Assembly: GCA_012295275.1 (NCBI GenBank)
Contig: CM022679.1
Coordinates: forward strand, 9,052,001 to 9,116,000
Direction of reading: 5' to 3'
Length of the DNA stretch: 64,000 nt
Source of the DNA: Chrysomallon squamiferum
Taxonomy: Eukaryota; Animalia; Mollusca
This document shows, piece by piece, positions 1 to 14,438 of the stretch (positions are counted from its first letter, which is position 1; every line of letters begins with the position of its first letter). Below the pieces are notes generated by a model. That model was not told where the DNA came from, did no database searches, and was given only the letters and a program-made list of their open reading frames with translations. Position numbers and translations under genes: made by a program.

Positions 1-235
1 AGACACAAGTAAACATCAGTATACAGTGACTGCTACATGTGTCCTAACTGCATAATAAGCCTGTATCCAAATAATAGTGATATTAATTTCTAGTTTAGTA
101 AAATATCTATAAAGTATTGCTTGACTGGAATATCAGATTGGAATATTCAGTTTCATTATACACTGTGTTCATTTTATTCTAAAATTATTTTAAATAGATG
201 ATAAAAAAATTTAATTTTGATTTTTCTCATTTTAG

Positions 236-3200
236 AAACAGTGGCATTGGAGGAAAATCTGACAATCCAGTAGCCTATTTCACATTTGATGATGATTGGT
301 AATTTATATTTTTATTATGCAAAAATTTTAATTGTAGATGTTAATTGTGAATTGGATATACGAAGATCAAAATTAAAAACACAAAAACATATTTGCTTGT
401 TTGTATGTTTTTGATTTTATAATATTTTTTATAATATGAAATGTTATTTTTGGGGTCACAGTGACATAAAAACAAATGTTATATGTTACAGTTAAAAAGT
501 AAAGAAGAAGAAGAATAGCTAAGAACACATATTAATAATAATAATAACAGTAGTAATAATAAATAAATAAATAAATGCATAAATATATATAAAAAAATAA
601 TAATAATAATAATTGATTAATTTTCCAGTTTTCATTTAATTTTAATACAAAACTTACTTTATTTTCAGTGATGAAATTGACATTCCAGTATCTTGGTATC
701 CATGTGGACAGGTATGATTAAATTATAAATGTATATAAAAATAACATCGACAGATTTCACCTCGATATACACCATTAAGCCTTTAATACATAGAAATCCA
801 CACTGTTGCGAATATTCCATAATCAGGATGCCAGCTTAAAAATATTAACCAATCAGCTCAGTTAGTGAAACTTTCCACCATCCCGTAATAGTGCAGTGTA
901 TGAAATTATTAATTAACAAGCATGATTACACTACAGAGGCTTTTGTTTTTAATCATAAAAATGTAAGTCTCAAAGTGTTATGTTACATGCCACAGCAACA
1001 GCTGATAAAAGTTAACTTTTTTCTTCAAAGATCAGCGAACTGTCCATTGCCACACAAACTTTCATGGAGTTTTTTTTATTAACTCCTCCTTTTAATTTGG
1101 TAAACCTTTTCTTTTCATCTGGAATCTTTTTATAAATATATATAATGTCTAATATGTTATCTGTTTGCAGTATGTGCCTATAAAGTTTACTTTCCTTTTT
1201 ACGTTTAATCTTTTTTTTTTTAAATTAATGTTTAATATGTTATCTGTTTGCAGTATGTGCTGATAAAGCTTACTTTACTTTTGATCTGTAATCTGTTTTA
1301 AAAAACAAAAAACTGTTTAATATGTTATCTGTTTGCAGTATGTGCTGATAAAGTTTACTTTCCTTTTTACGTTTAATCTTTTTAAAAAATTAATGTTTAA
1401 TATGTTATCTGTTAAAAACTGATAAAAAACGTTTAATCTTTTAAAAAATAATGTTTAATATGTTATCTGTTTGCAGTATGTGTCTATAAAGTTTACTTTC
1501 CTTTTTATCTAATCTTTAAAAAAAAAATAATGTTTAATATGTTATCTGTTTGCAGTATGTGTCTATAAAGTTTTCTTTCCTTTTTACCTTTAATCTTCTT
1601 AAAAAATTAATGTTTAATATGTTATCTGTTTGCAGTATGTGCTGATAAAGTTTCTAGAATCACGTCAGGAGAGTGCTAAACGGATTGGTATTGTTGGAAT
1701 CAAGTTTCATGGCTTTCAGAGAAAACATGCATTCATCAGTGAGGAGGAGATGGTAAAGATTTTCTTATACAATTTGGTGTCAGCTTTTTTCATAAATTTT
1801 ACCTATTTGTTAGCTGCAGAGAAACCTTTTATGTTGTACTGTAGAATGAGAAGCTAGCTTTGTTCATAAATTTTATCTCTTTCTGTTTTGGTCTCACAGA
1901 AATCTTAGTGTTACAAGTGTTTTATCAGACATGATTTAAATTTTTATTTCTGATATGTTATGTAGACTATTATGGTATGATCTTTTATTTATTTTATTTA
2001 TTTTATTATTATTATTATGTATTTTTATTATTATTACTGTTATTTTATTTGTTTTTCACATTTTAAATTTCATTTCTGATATGTTATGTGGACTATTAAT
2101 ATTGTGGTGTGATCTTTTATTTATTTTATTTATTTTTTATTATTATTATATATTTTTATTATTACTACTGTTATTTTATTTGTTTTTGTCATTTTAATTT
2201 TCATTTCATTTTATTTATTTATTATTATTTTTATCTTATTTTTATTTCCTTTTTTTTTTTTTTTTTTTTTAAATTATTTTTTAAGTATTTAGAAAAGTAC
2301 AATTTAGATGACACAGTTATTTGTTAACAAACAAAATCCAAAAAAAAATAAATGATTATTATTACTATAAATGGACTATGGTTGGTGTAGTTATTTCCTG
2401 TTAATTGTTTGTTTGTTTGTTTGTTTGTTTTTAATATTATTCATTGACTATTTTAAAAACAGAATCTGATATATTATTTGGATTCAGCTGAGCTTCCATT
2501 TACAATTAATTTTGTTTCAAAGGTTGAGCATCCACCCAATGCAGAAAAACACAAAAACTCGTCCAGTCTGGAGATTGTTAAATGGGTGCTGAAATTCCTC
2601 ATAGACCTGTCACAAGACCAGGTGAACAGAAGATCTTATTATCAGTGCATTAAAACAAATATTCAAGTATTAAATAATTACATTAATTAATCATGATGAT
2701 GTTGTTTTATTTCAATTTTAATCTGTTTAAAAATTAAAACAAAGTGAAAAAAAATGTGTGTGTGTGGTGGATATATATATATGAAAACTAAGTGATTTTA
2801 AAATATATGAAAAAAAAAAGGTTTTCTTTTTCTCTTAGATTTCTTGTCATAAAATCAGGATTATCCTTTACTAGTCATAATTATAGTATTTAAACAAAAT
2901 TTATAAAATATTTTTTTTTTTTTTACTGGAACTATAAGTATATCGTTTATGTCTAAATTAGAAACAAATCAAAGTTTAATCCCTAATTTCAGGTGAAGAA
3001 AAGCAAATCAAAGTCAGATTATCTGGACTATTCTGAAGTGGACTTGAATATGATGTGGGCAGTCTACAACCATTTCACAGACAGGTAATGTTGTACTGAC
3101 TGTGTCTGAATAAAAAATTTCATTCATCAAAGAACATAATATATAACAACTATCTTCCAAGACCGTGATTTCTTAAAATCAGTTTTAATCATATAATTGA

Positions 3201-6200
3201 GTGAGTATGTTGGAATAAGAGAACTATATCTATATCTAAATGATAATAAAATAAATAAATAAAATAAATAAAACAGATAGACAGAATAAACAAAATAACA
3301 ACGAAACTGAATTAATTGTGTTATAATTTTTAATTTAGTCCACTGGAAGGTTGGAATGACTGCAGCTTGCTATTACTGAGACTTCTCCACTGTTTTATCC
3401 CTATCCTGTCCCCTCTCAAAGAATCCTCTAAGGTAAGTACTCCATCATCATTCTCAAACTTACTGGTAAATATTTGCTTGTAATGTGTGTATATAATTTA
3501 AAAAAACCATTTTCTTTCTGCTGTGTGCTTCATTCTAATGCTATACGAGCAAAAGGCTATGAAATTTTATAAACATCGTGTTTTGTGTATATTAAGATAT
3601 GTAGCCTTAAAAGTGTGATGTTGCTGTAGTTGTATTTGTTTTTAGGATGTAGCTGAGATGATGTTTCAACACCTGTGTAAAGTGATAGACAAGCCAGACA
3701 TTGATTCAAAGAGTCACACCTACAAACTTGCTCAACAACTCATTGTGGATGGTAAAACAATCATTATAGTGTTATCAGATCTGTAACAGTTAATGGTAAA
3801 ACCTCACAAATATGTAATGGTTTATGGTAAATTTTGCTAATCTATAATAGTGAAAGGTAAATTTCACAAACCTGTAGTAGTTAACAGTAAATCTCACAAA
3901 CATAATAGTTAATGGTAAATCCCCCAAACCTATACTAATTAATGGTAACTTCACAAATCTATAACAGTAAGGGAAATTTCACAAATCTGTAATAGTTAAT
4001 GGTAAATCTCACAAAACTGAAACAATTAATGGTAAATCTCACAAAACTGAAACAATTAATGGTAAATTCCACAAATAGCAGTAATAGTAAATTTCAAAAA
4101 GTTAATAATAGTGAAAGGTAAATTTCACAAACCTGTAATAGTTAATGGTAAATCTCACAAAACTGTAACAGTTAATGGTAAATTCCACAAATAGTAGTTA
4201 ATGGTAAATTTCACAAATTTATAATAGTGAAAGATAAATTTAGCAAACTTGTAATAGTTAATGGTAAATCTCACAGATCTGTAGTGGTGAATGGGTAAAC
4301 CTGTTTATTTATTCCTTGATAATATAAGATAGTGTGTGTAATAATAAATGTATTTTTCAGGTGCGTCTTTGTTTTTTCCTGATAAGGAGACAAAGAGACA
4401 AAGACTTTTCACCATGGTAAACAATGTTGATGTAAGTATCATAATTTTTCTTTAGCTTTTATTTTATTTTATTTTATTTTATTTTATTTTATTTTTTTAC
4501 ATAATTTCTGTTATATTTGAAATGATACAACATGTCACTATTATTTGGAACTTTAATAAAAATAATTAAACCATTATATTTAAGAATGATTTATTTATTA
4601 AATCATTATTCAGAAACATTTAATTGTTTTTATTTTTTTATTTAACAAATCATTTTGTGTTTAAATATGTTATTGTTTTATATATTTCATGTTTTCCAAA
4701 TTTTATTTATTTATTTATTTATTTTTGATTATATTTTAATTATTTTTAAAATTATACTTCTTTTATTTCAGAATTTGAAAACTGCTCCCTCAGTGTCACT
4801 TGTGTTCCAGTCTCTGTGTCATTTCTTTAGCTCAGTAGATCCTCGCGGACTTCTTGATATACCAACATCTCCAGCTCAGGTTTTAACATAGTCTAAATTT
4901 TCTTATATTTCTAAAACTATGTATTTATACTACATTTAATTCTACTTAGACTAGAGCATTTTTTTAATAATACATTTTATTTAGGATAAAATTGTTTTGT
5001 GTATATTATTCTTAAGTGAATACAGTTTTAAATACATTATTTCTCTTTTATACCATAGTGCACAGTAAATGATTTAAAAATATAAAAGGAATGAACAGAA
5101 TAAAAAGTAATCCACAGAGAGTAACCAAAAAATCAGATTTTTAAATGGAATAAATTATTATAAAAAATCCTGTTAAATATAAAATAAAATAAAACTAATT
5201 TGAATAGTTTGTTTTTATTTATTTAAATTTTGTAATTTATTTGAAACTTTTTTTTTATTTATTTGAAACTATTTTTATTAGAAACATTACATTTTTATTC
5301 TTATTATTTATTTTCTTTTTTTTTAGGCATTTGAACCGAACAATGCACTACATGTAATGCAGACACTAATTGTCGTGGCATCTCAGGAGTTTGAAATTTC
5401 CTTGGAATCGAAAGATGCCAGTGAGCAGCTGATTCACCTGATTCGCTTGATGGGTTCACTGCAGACAAGTCTTCTGTCTTGGTGCTGGCAGCAGATGTTG
5501 GAAGACGTTGAAGAAGTGAAAACCACAGCTGTAGACACAGTGGTGTCTTGTAAGTCACAGAAACAGGAGGTGTCGGCCTCCTTTATATATAATAGCTGAC
5601 GGTAAATTTCACATGTCTGTAATAGCTGATGGTAAATTTCACATATGTATAATAGCTGATGGCAAATCTTACATATCTGTAATAGCTGACGGTAAATCTC
5701 ACATGTCTGTAATAGCTGATGGTAAATCTCACATATGTATAATAGCTGATGGCAAATCTTACATATCTGTAATAGCTGATGGCAAATCTCACATATCTAT
5801 AATAGCTGATGGTAAATTTCACATATCTATAATAGCTGATGGTAAATCTCACATATGTATAATAGCTGATGGCAAATCTCACATATCTGTAATAGGTGAT
5901 GGTAAATTTCACATATCTATAATAGCTGATGGCAAATCTCACATATCTGTAATAGGTGATGGCAAATCTCACATATCTGTAATAGGTGATGGTAAATTTC
6001 ACATATCTCTAATAGCTGATGGCAAATCTCACATATCTGTAATCATATCTGTAATAGGTGATGGTAAATCTCACATATCTGTAATAGGTGATGGTAAATC
6101 TCACATATCTATAATAGCTGATGGTAAATCTCACATATCTATAATAGCTGATGGCAAATCTCACATATCTGTAATAGGTGATGGTAAATTTCACATATCT

Positions 6201-9200
6201 CTAATAGCTGATGGCAAATCTCACATATCTGTAATAGGTGATGGTAAATTTCACATAACTATGATAGCTGATCGTAAATTTCACAAATCTATTATAGTTA
6301 ATGGTAAATCTTACATATCTATAATAGTTGATGCCAAATCACTTGAATCTATAATAGTTGATGGTAAATTTCACATGTCTATAAAAGCTGATGGTAAATT
6401 TCACAAATCTATTATAACTGATGGTAAATCTGACATCTATAATAGTTTTATGGTAAATCAATTGTATCTATAATAGTTGATTGTAAATCTCACATTATCT
6501 AAAATAGCTGATGCCAAATCTCATGTATCTATAATAGCTGATGCTATATCTCACAAATCTATTATAGCTGATGCTAAATCTTACATATCTATAATAGTTA
6601 ATGGTAAATCTTACATATCTATAACAGTTGATGCTAAGTAAATCTTACGAGTGCTATCTCCATTATAATTGGTCTTTGTAAACATTCTGATATTTATATT
6701 TTAATGTTAATTACTTTCAGATGCTACTAAAGTATCTGAAAAAGCTGTCATGGCTTGCCAACTTTTGAGGTCCAAAGAAAAAGCAAAAATTGTAAGTTTT
6801 CAACAGTTCAAAAATGAAGTCTGTTTGGATGAAAAAATTATTTCTTTATTTAATTAGTGTAAGATGTTTGAAAGTTTATTATATAAATTATTTTATACAC
6901 TAATGTTACAGAGGTAAAATTACTCAGTGGAATGAGAAAAATATAATATATCTTAAATGCATTATCTTGATTCAGTTTATTAAGACAGTGTGAGGCAGTG
7001 ACTTATAAATTTAAGAATAACTTCAAGTAAATAAGTGGAATAGATAGAAATGATAATACTATGAACCCTAACTGCTATATCTTCATGTTTATTGCTTGCC
7101 AATATAAACAGCCTGCATATTGGATTTTTAACAACTGATTTTAAAGCTACAAAATACATTGCAGAGGAACAGTTTTTGACAGAAGTATAGATTGTATATA
7201 ATTATATATGACAGTGCCATAAAGTAACCTTTTTGCTCATTTTTGAGATATTTTTATTTATTTTTTTATTTAATAAGTCTTAAATTGTCTGCACTTTTAA
7301 AATTAAAACTGTCAAAAATATTCACCAAACTCTCTGAAGAGTAAAATAAACAAGACACTGATGTGCTACTGAGCCAAGTTTCGTTAAAACTGAATAGATA
7401 AACATTCACATTTTCTGCTGCTGCATATTGCTTTGATGGTTTGATTACTACAGTGTTGATATTTAAATATTTTTAGGAACAGCTCATTAAGAATCTCCAG
7501 CCTACCTTTCTGTCCTCAGTGGTTCGACAGCTGGTAAGTTTTCTGAAAACAAAAATATGTATTTATTTAATTTTTTATTATTTATTTATTTAATTTCTTT
7601 ATTTGATTTTTAGACTTGGAGGAATAAATTATTTCTTCTTCATGACAGATTATAGGTTCACTATAATGGTCATAAATTACATAAAATTATTTTAAAATTA
7701 TTTTCTTGTTTCTTTGATAACATATAATAATTTCCAAATGTTATGTATCATTCGTAATTGAAATATAATTTGTTATAAAATATCCATTATATTGTTTTTT
7801 AATCTTTTCTTTATTTCTTTATTTTTTATTTTTTATTTTTTTTACATTTTTACAGGTTACTGTTTGTATAACCCCAGAGTCTGATGTTTTGATTTTTGCT
7901 TGTTTTCTAGGTGTTGATTCTGAATTTCATGTGTAAACAGCTGGGTCCCGCTGCCCAGGTGCACCTGCTAGACAAGATGAAACATTTATTGACAGAACTC
8001 ACAAAACTGGCAGCCATAGTTCCTGAACAGTTTCCAAAAGTAATTACACAAATGTTGTTTACGATATTTTCTCTTAGTGTTGGTGTTGGTATTGTCTTGT
8101 CATTTTTGTATTATTTGTTTATTTTGGTTTTTGTTATCTGTGTGAATGCAGGAGGTGTGTGTGTGTGTTTTCTGTTTGTTTGTGTGTGTGTTGTGTGTGT
8201 GTTTGTGCACATGTTGTTTATGTGAGTGTGTTTCCATTGTGTTGTATGTATGTTTGTGTGTTCTGTTTTATGTTGTTGTGTGTGTTTGTTTCATATTCTA
8301 GAATCTAATACCAGACTAGTCAAAATAATATTACACTGATTCTGTTTTAATAATTTGATGGAATTGAATTGTTTGAAACATGCTATTAGTTAAAACGAAA
8401 TTCTGTATTAAAATTTTAGTCTCATCGAGAAAGAATAATCAGTGTTAGATTTTTAAATTTAGATTTTGTCAGATGTTTTTTTTTTTTTATTTTTTTTTTT
8501 TAAAGATTACAAGTGAAAACTGGGGTGATATGTATGCTGATGACATAACGCTGAGGACGTGGGAAGTTGAGTCACCACACAACTACGACAACAGCTCACA
8601 CATCAGTCAGGTGTGTGTGGTACACAGAGTAGTCTTCATCAAGTGAATGTAATTTAGAATGAATGCAGAACAAAAGGATAAATCTTACATTTTTGGTTAC
8701 TTGAAAATATATGTTAAAAATTATTTTATTTTTTATTTTTTATTTTTTTTTGTACAGTCCTTATAACCATTCTCATAAAAAAGCACCATTCGAAGATGCT
8801 AAATAATTAACCATTTCATTAGAATTAATTAATATTTTATATATATATATATACATACAACACATATGTATATGTTTATGTTTTTTATTTTTATTTTTAT
8901 TTCTTATAGGTGTTTTCATGTCCAGGGTCTTCCAAGTTTATAGTTGATTTTGATCCAAGATGTGAAACAGAAAGAAGGTGATTTTTCTTCTTTTTTTTTT
9001 TTTTAAATCAGTAAATAAATAAATAAATAAATAAGTGTGTGTTTGCTTAGGAAATAAGCTTTTTTTTTGGATTAAAAACTTAAAATTAAAGATTGAACCA
9101 TTTTTAACAACACAATATATTATGAAAATAAAATAGATGTAACTGTCATGCATTCCATTAAATTCATATATTTTTTTCATGAACACTGTTTAATAATGTG

Positions 9201-12200
9201 TTGTTAATTTTACAATTTCTTTTTATTATAATTTTTGAGTGCATTTTTAATTTTTTTTTTTGAAATTAATTTATTTACTTTAATTTTTAAAATTTTTAAT
9301 TTACTTTATTTTTTATTATTTTTTTATTAATGTATTTAATTTCATTGTTTTTATTTATTTCATTAAAATTATTATTATTTTTTTTATATTATTCTTATTT
9401 ATGTATTTATTTACTTATTTATATGAGTCAAGCTGTTTTTTATTTTACAGATATGACTATCTCGAGTTTACAGACACCAAAGGGATGAAGATGAAACTTG
9501 ATCAGAAAGTTGGTTCCCCGAAGTGGCCAAAGCAGATTGTGTTCAGTGGACCGTATCTTCATTTTACATTTCGATCAGACAGCAGTAACACAGAGTGGGG
9601 ATACAAGTTCAAGGTAGACTGAATATTTCCACTAAAACTGTATGATGATCCTTTTTATGTTAATAGTTATTTATTTAGTTGTTTGTTTGTTTGTTTGTTT
9701 GTTTTTGTTGTTGTTGTTTAAATGTTTATGGATTTTATATTACAAATATGACTTGTTGAAAATTAGGGACATGCTCTTTTAGATAATCATGAAGATATAG
9801 TTTATATTGTTTTAGGCAGAATATAGGGAGTAAAAAAGAAAATTTATGATACAGTCAATTTGTCATAAATAATGCTTTTAGTTTGAATCATTAATTAATG
9901 ATTAGTTCAGTGGCTGTAATATATTTATATATATACATTTTAAATCTTTAGCTTTAATCTTTATAAAACTTTTGACTTGTTGTCAGTATTTGTTGTTTTG
10001 TTTTTTGTTTTAGGTTTTTTTTGTTTGTTTTTTGGGGGTATTTTGGGGCTTTTTCTTGTTAGAAAATTAGTACTTTTTGTCATTTAGTCTGTCTTACTTC
10101 AGTGCATTTATTGTTTTCTACAACAGATGATTTTACATAAATAATAATAATTTGGTGGGATATATTTTATATTTTTATTTTCTGTCACTATTATAGTAAT
10201 AATTTGCTGGTGTAATTTAATATATTTCTTATTTTCTGACATATTAAAATAATTTTATTTTCTCACTCACATTATAATAAAATTTGTTGGTATAATTTTT
10301 AGATTTTATTTTTTCTTTATCTTAATAACTGGTATAATTTCAAATTACTTTTTAATAATATTTTAGTGGTATAATGTTAATTTATTGTTGTTTCCTGGCA
10401 GGTTACAGCAAAGGGTTGTCCAGATGTCCCTCTGTCCTGGCCGTATGACTTACAGCTAGGACTGTGTAAACTGTTCGGAGGTCTTTGTGGTGCTGTTCTC
10501 TCTTCCAACCCAAGTAAGATAAAACAAAACATATATATATTCTTTTTACAAATTTTTCATTCAGCAGTTAGAGTCCATTCTCTGCCTCTTGATTTATTAC
10601 AGTTTAGTTTTTCCTCTCTTTTTTTAATTTTTTTTTTTTTTTTTTTTTTTTTTAAATACAGCTTATATGTATTTCTTATCCTTTTCTTTTAAATTGATGT
10701 TATTTTTAAAAATTAAATGAGTTTTGTTGCATAAAGTGTCTATATTTGTCTGATATGGTGGGTGTGACATTGTCAAAGTCAATTATTAATTTTTTTTTTA
10801 AATGTGAAATTTGGATATTTTCGTATTCAGATTTTTAAAATGTTTGATATAGTCAGACATTCTGTTATTTCTGTGTGTTTACAGTTGTTCCAAACAGCAG
10901 TTTGACAATTCTTGATGAACAGGGAGACCAGGATGTTCTCAGAAGTGAGTTGTGGACATCTTTGTTTCGTGGAGGTTACCAGACGGGCAAACTGCAGAGA
11001 TCTTTGTCAGGAAAAGTTGTACGTTTTAACTTTTTTAGTCCACATTATTACAGCTACAGAGTATATCTGTGCATATGTGTTTGTATGTGTTTATCTAGTA
11101 CAAATGTTTTTTTTATAAATGTGTATATGTGTATTTTGAGTATGTTTGTATCTATCTATGTATGTATGTTTTTGTTATTTGTATGTATATATATATGTAT
11201 ATCTATGGGTGTATGTACATACATGTGTATTTTAGTGTAAAAGTCTTTGTTTTTATATTATTAATATGTGCATGTTTTAAGAATACAAATTTCATTTTCG
11301 TATAGTTCACTGATGAGGCAGGAACACCACTGAATTTCATCATGGAGATTGTTAACAAGGAGTCCAAAACTGCAATCACCCTTCTAGAGAGGTTTCTTTT
11401 CTACATATATATTTTTTTAAACAACATACAGAGACAGTAATGTTTAATAGAAAAGATTAATATTACTGTTATTATTGAATTAGTATCGAAATTCATTTTA
11501 TTAAAACATCTAATTTATATGTCTTCCTTGTTGTTGTTTTCTTTTACTTACATTTCCACTCTTGCTCCAAATATCTCTGTATTAAATGGTAAACATAAGA
11601 TAAACATTTCATAAAAATCTTTAATTTAATTTTTTTTATTTTTTTACAGTTTTGTATAGTTCATTTTTTTGGTGTTAATTTCTACCTTTTTTTTAAAAGA
11701 ATTTTTTGATACCAATTTTGTACAGATGCCAAGAAAACCGAAGCAAGATGCTGCTATTTGAGACGGAGGAAATTGAATCAACAGTCATTGCTGTCTTTGC
11801 AGCTCTTTTGTGGCACACACAACAACTGCGAGATGACATCAAGAAATACTGTGAGTTTAGTTTATTTTCCACAGGTACTAGATTTCCTTATTATGCAGTT
11901 TAAATTCAGGAAAAAAGAAATCATAGAAAACGTTCATTATTAGAAAATGTTGGTTGTTTTAACGTGCGTATTTGAAAGGTACATAGTATAAACCTCTTGG
12001 GGTTTTGTGAGAATACAAATATTTTAATATATTTTAATGTATATATGTTTTAACTTCGTTATATAATTTCATTTGTACTTCTGGGATCAGTATAAAATTC
12101 AATTTAGTTGATGGCAACATTCAAAAAATTTTGAAAAAAAAAAAGGGTTAAGAGCCACTGTTTTAACATGAAAGGATTTCTTGATGTTTATTTTGAAATT

Positions 12201-12835
12201 TGAAAAAATTTTTTATTACCAAGGCAAAAGCATGATGAATAAAAATTAATTACTGGTATGTTTTGTAAAAGAAATTAATAATAACAGTGTTAATGCATTT
12301 TAATTACTTAAAATTAACTGAATTTTTTGACAAATTTGGAGTGAATTAATTAAATTATTGCTTGGGGAAACCAGACCAAGATATTTATAATTTATTAATT
12401 TACTTCATATTTGGAAATTTAGAGCTCTACTTATAACTGTATTTTTGTGTAATTACAGCTATTACATTTTCACAGGTTGTTATTTTTTGAGAGGGTATGT
12501 ACGTAAACAGAAATGTGCCAAAACTTCTATTACTTGAATATTTAACACTAATTTGTAAAGCTGTTGTGTTAATTTAAGTTTCAGCTAAGAGTGAAATGTC
12601 TGTACCAGACGGCATCCATCAGGCTTATACCACAGCAGAGTCTCTGAGACTGCCTCTTGTGAGTTTGTAATGTTTAACCTGTCTTCAGTTCTCTATGTAA
12701 GAAGTCACTTTGTTTTGTAATCTCTGTAGATTTAATTTTGGGAGATATACTCTTTTTTTTTGTTGTTGGTGAGGTTGTTTCTTTTGTTTTGTTTTTTTTT
12801 TTTTTGCTTTTCTTGTGGGTTTTTTAGTGTGATTT

Positions 12836-12869
<34 letters not shown>

Positions 12870-14401
12870 CATTCAAGAAAAATAAGATTTTTTAGTTTTT
12901 TTTTTACGTTTATACCCATTTATTTTAATTTAATATTTTTTTTTTAAATAATTTTTTTTCCTGAAGTACTTAAATTAGCCAAACTAGGATTTTCTTGTCA
13001 AACAAAGTTTTATAACATTTTGTTCTTCTGGGAAATAAGCCATATATATATATTTTATAATAGTTGTGTTTCATCTTTTTTGTACATTTTCCCAGGCTAG
13101 CCAGAAACAAATACAGCAGGCACTTGAAGATGGAAAACCATTGCCTGATGATAAAAATCCAGGTATAAACCTGTTTTTTTTAAAGTCCATTGTTAATTCT
13201 TTCTAGACATTAAATTTGTTTCTTTTGTTTCCTTTAGCTACAAAGAATCATACTGTTTTGTTTTTCTTTCAGTTATTATCTGTAAAGAAAAGGCACTGTA
13301 CTTGTTAAAATTTGCTGGTTTGACAAAAATTCAGCTAAGATACGAGGTAATTACATTTTCATATAATAATTTCAGTTTTAAACTAAACAGTAACATTTAC
13401 TTTGTAATAAAGAATTATTAAATTCAATGCTAATGACATATTTAGTATTTTTAATTTTGTTTTAAAAATAATAGAAAATGTATATTTATGTTTTTAATTT
13501 TAAACAGTAGCCAATGATAGAATACTTGTCAGAACAAGTAATATTCATTTTGTTTTCATTAGAATAGATTGTTAATTAAAATAATAGAAGTATGACAAAT
13601 AAATAATTTTTACCTTTTTTTTTATATCGGATTAAAAAAAAATCACAAAATAATGACAAGTTTTTAAAATGGTTTTTAAGAGTCCTGTTTAATTTATTTT
13701 TACAGATGAGATCCAAGGCTCACAAGAATTCATTAAAGAAACTTGGCAACAAAAAATCTGACAAAAATATTTTAAGAGTTAGTATAAAATGAATCATTGT
13801 TTATTATATTGTTTAGCTGGAATATTCAGATTGTTATTTATTTTGAATTTATTTTGAATTATTTTGAATTATTGACAAATTCAGTGTGTTTACATACAAA
13901 TATGCATAAATGCAAACATGCACAAACTGAAAACACAAATTAATAAAATTGAAGAAAACAAAACCTGAGATAAATTACTTTTAACCAAAAAAATATATTT
14001 TTAAAAAATTTGTTTCTTTTCTACTTTTATTTGGTTATCAATCAACTTCTAATATAACAGAAGAATTGCAGTCATGTATACAGTCAATATAAAAATAAAC
14101 CTTTATAATCTAAAACCTTTAAAAAAAACGTTCTGTTGAAAAATGTCTATGTACAATACAGACATTGCTGGAACAAATCCAAATAAAAATCATGTAAATT
14201 TTGATGTGTTTCAGAATGAAACTTCAGAAAAGTATCCATCCTTCCGTCTGGTGATGGAGTTTGTTCAGGATCCTGCCTGGACAACTGAAAGGTAAAATAA
14301 ACTCTTGTGTTATAATCAGTTGATTTTCCTGGTGAAAGAATTATTTTAAAAAACAAATCAATCAAAAAACTCCCAGACAGTATCATACATGCTGTTATCT
14401 A

Positions 14402-14438
<37 letters not shown>

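Noticed and set aside
5613-6473. 286-aa repetitive ORF as a real gene
   Set aside because: Lies wholly within a ZZEF1 intron whose flanking exons (5549, 6721) join in phase; the openness is explained by a stop-free 30-bp unit
5590-6645. CRISPR-like array
   Set aside because: Head-to-tail repeats with no unique spacers, no cas genes, eukaryotic context
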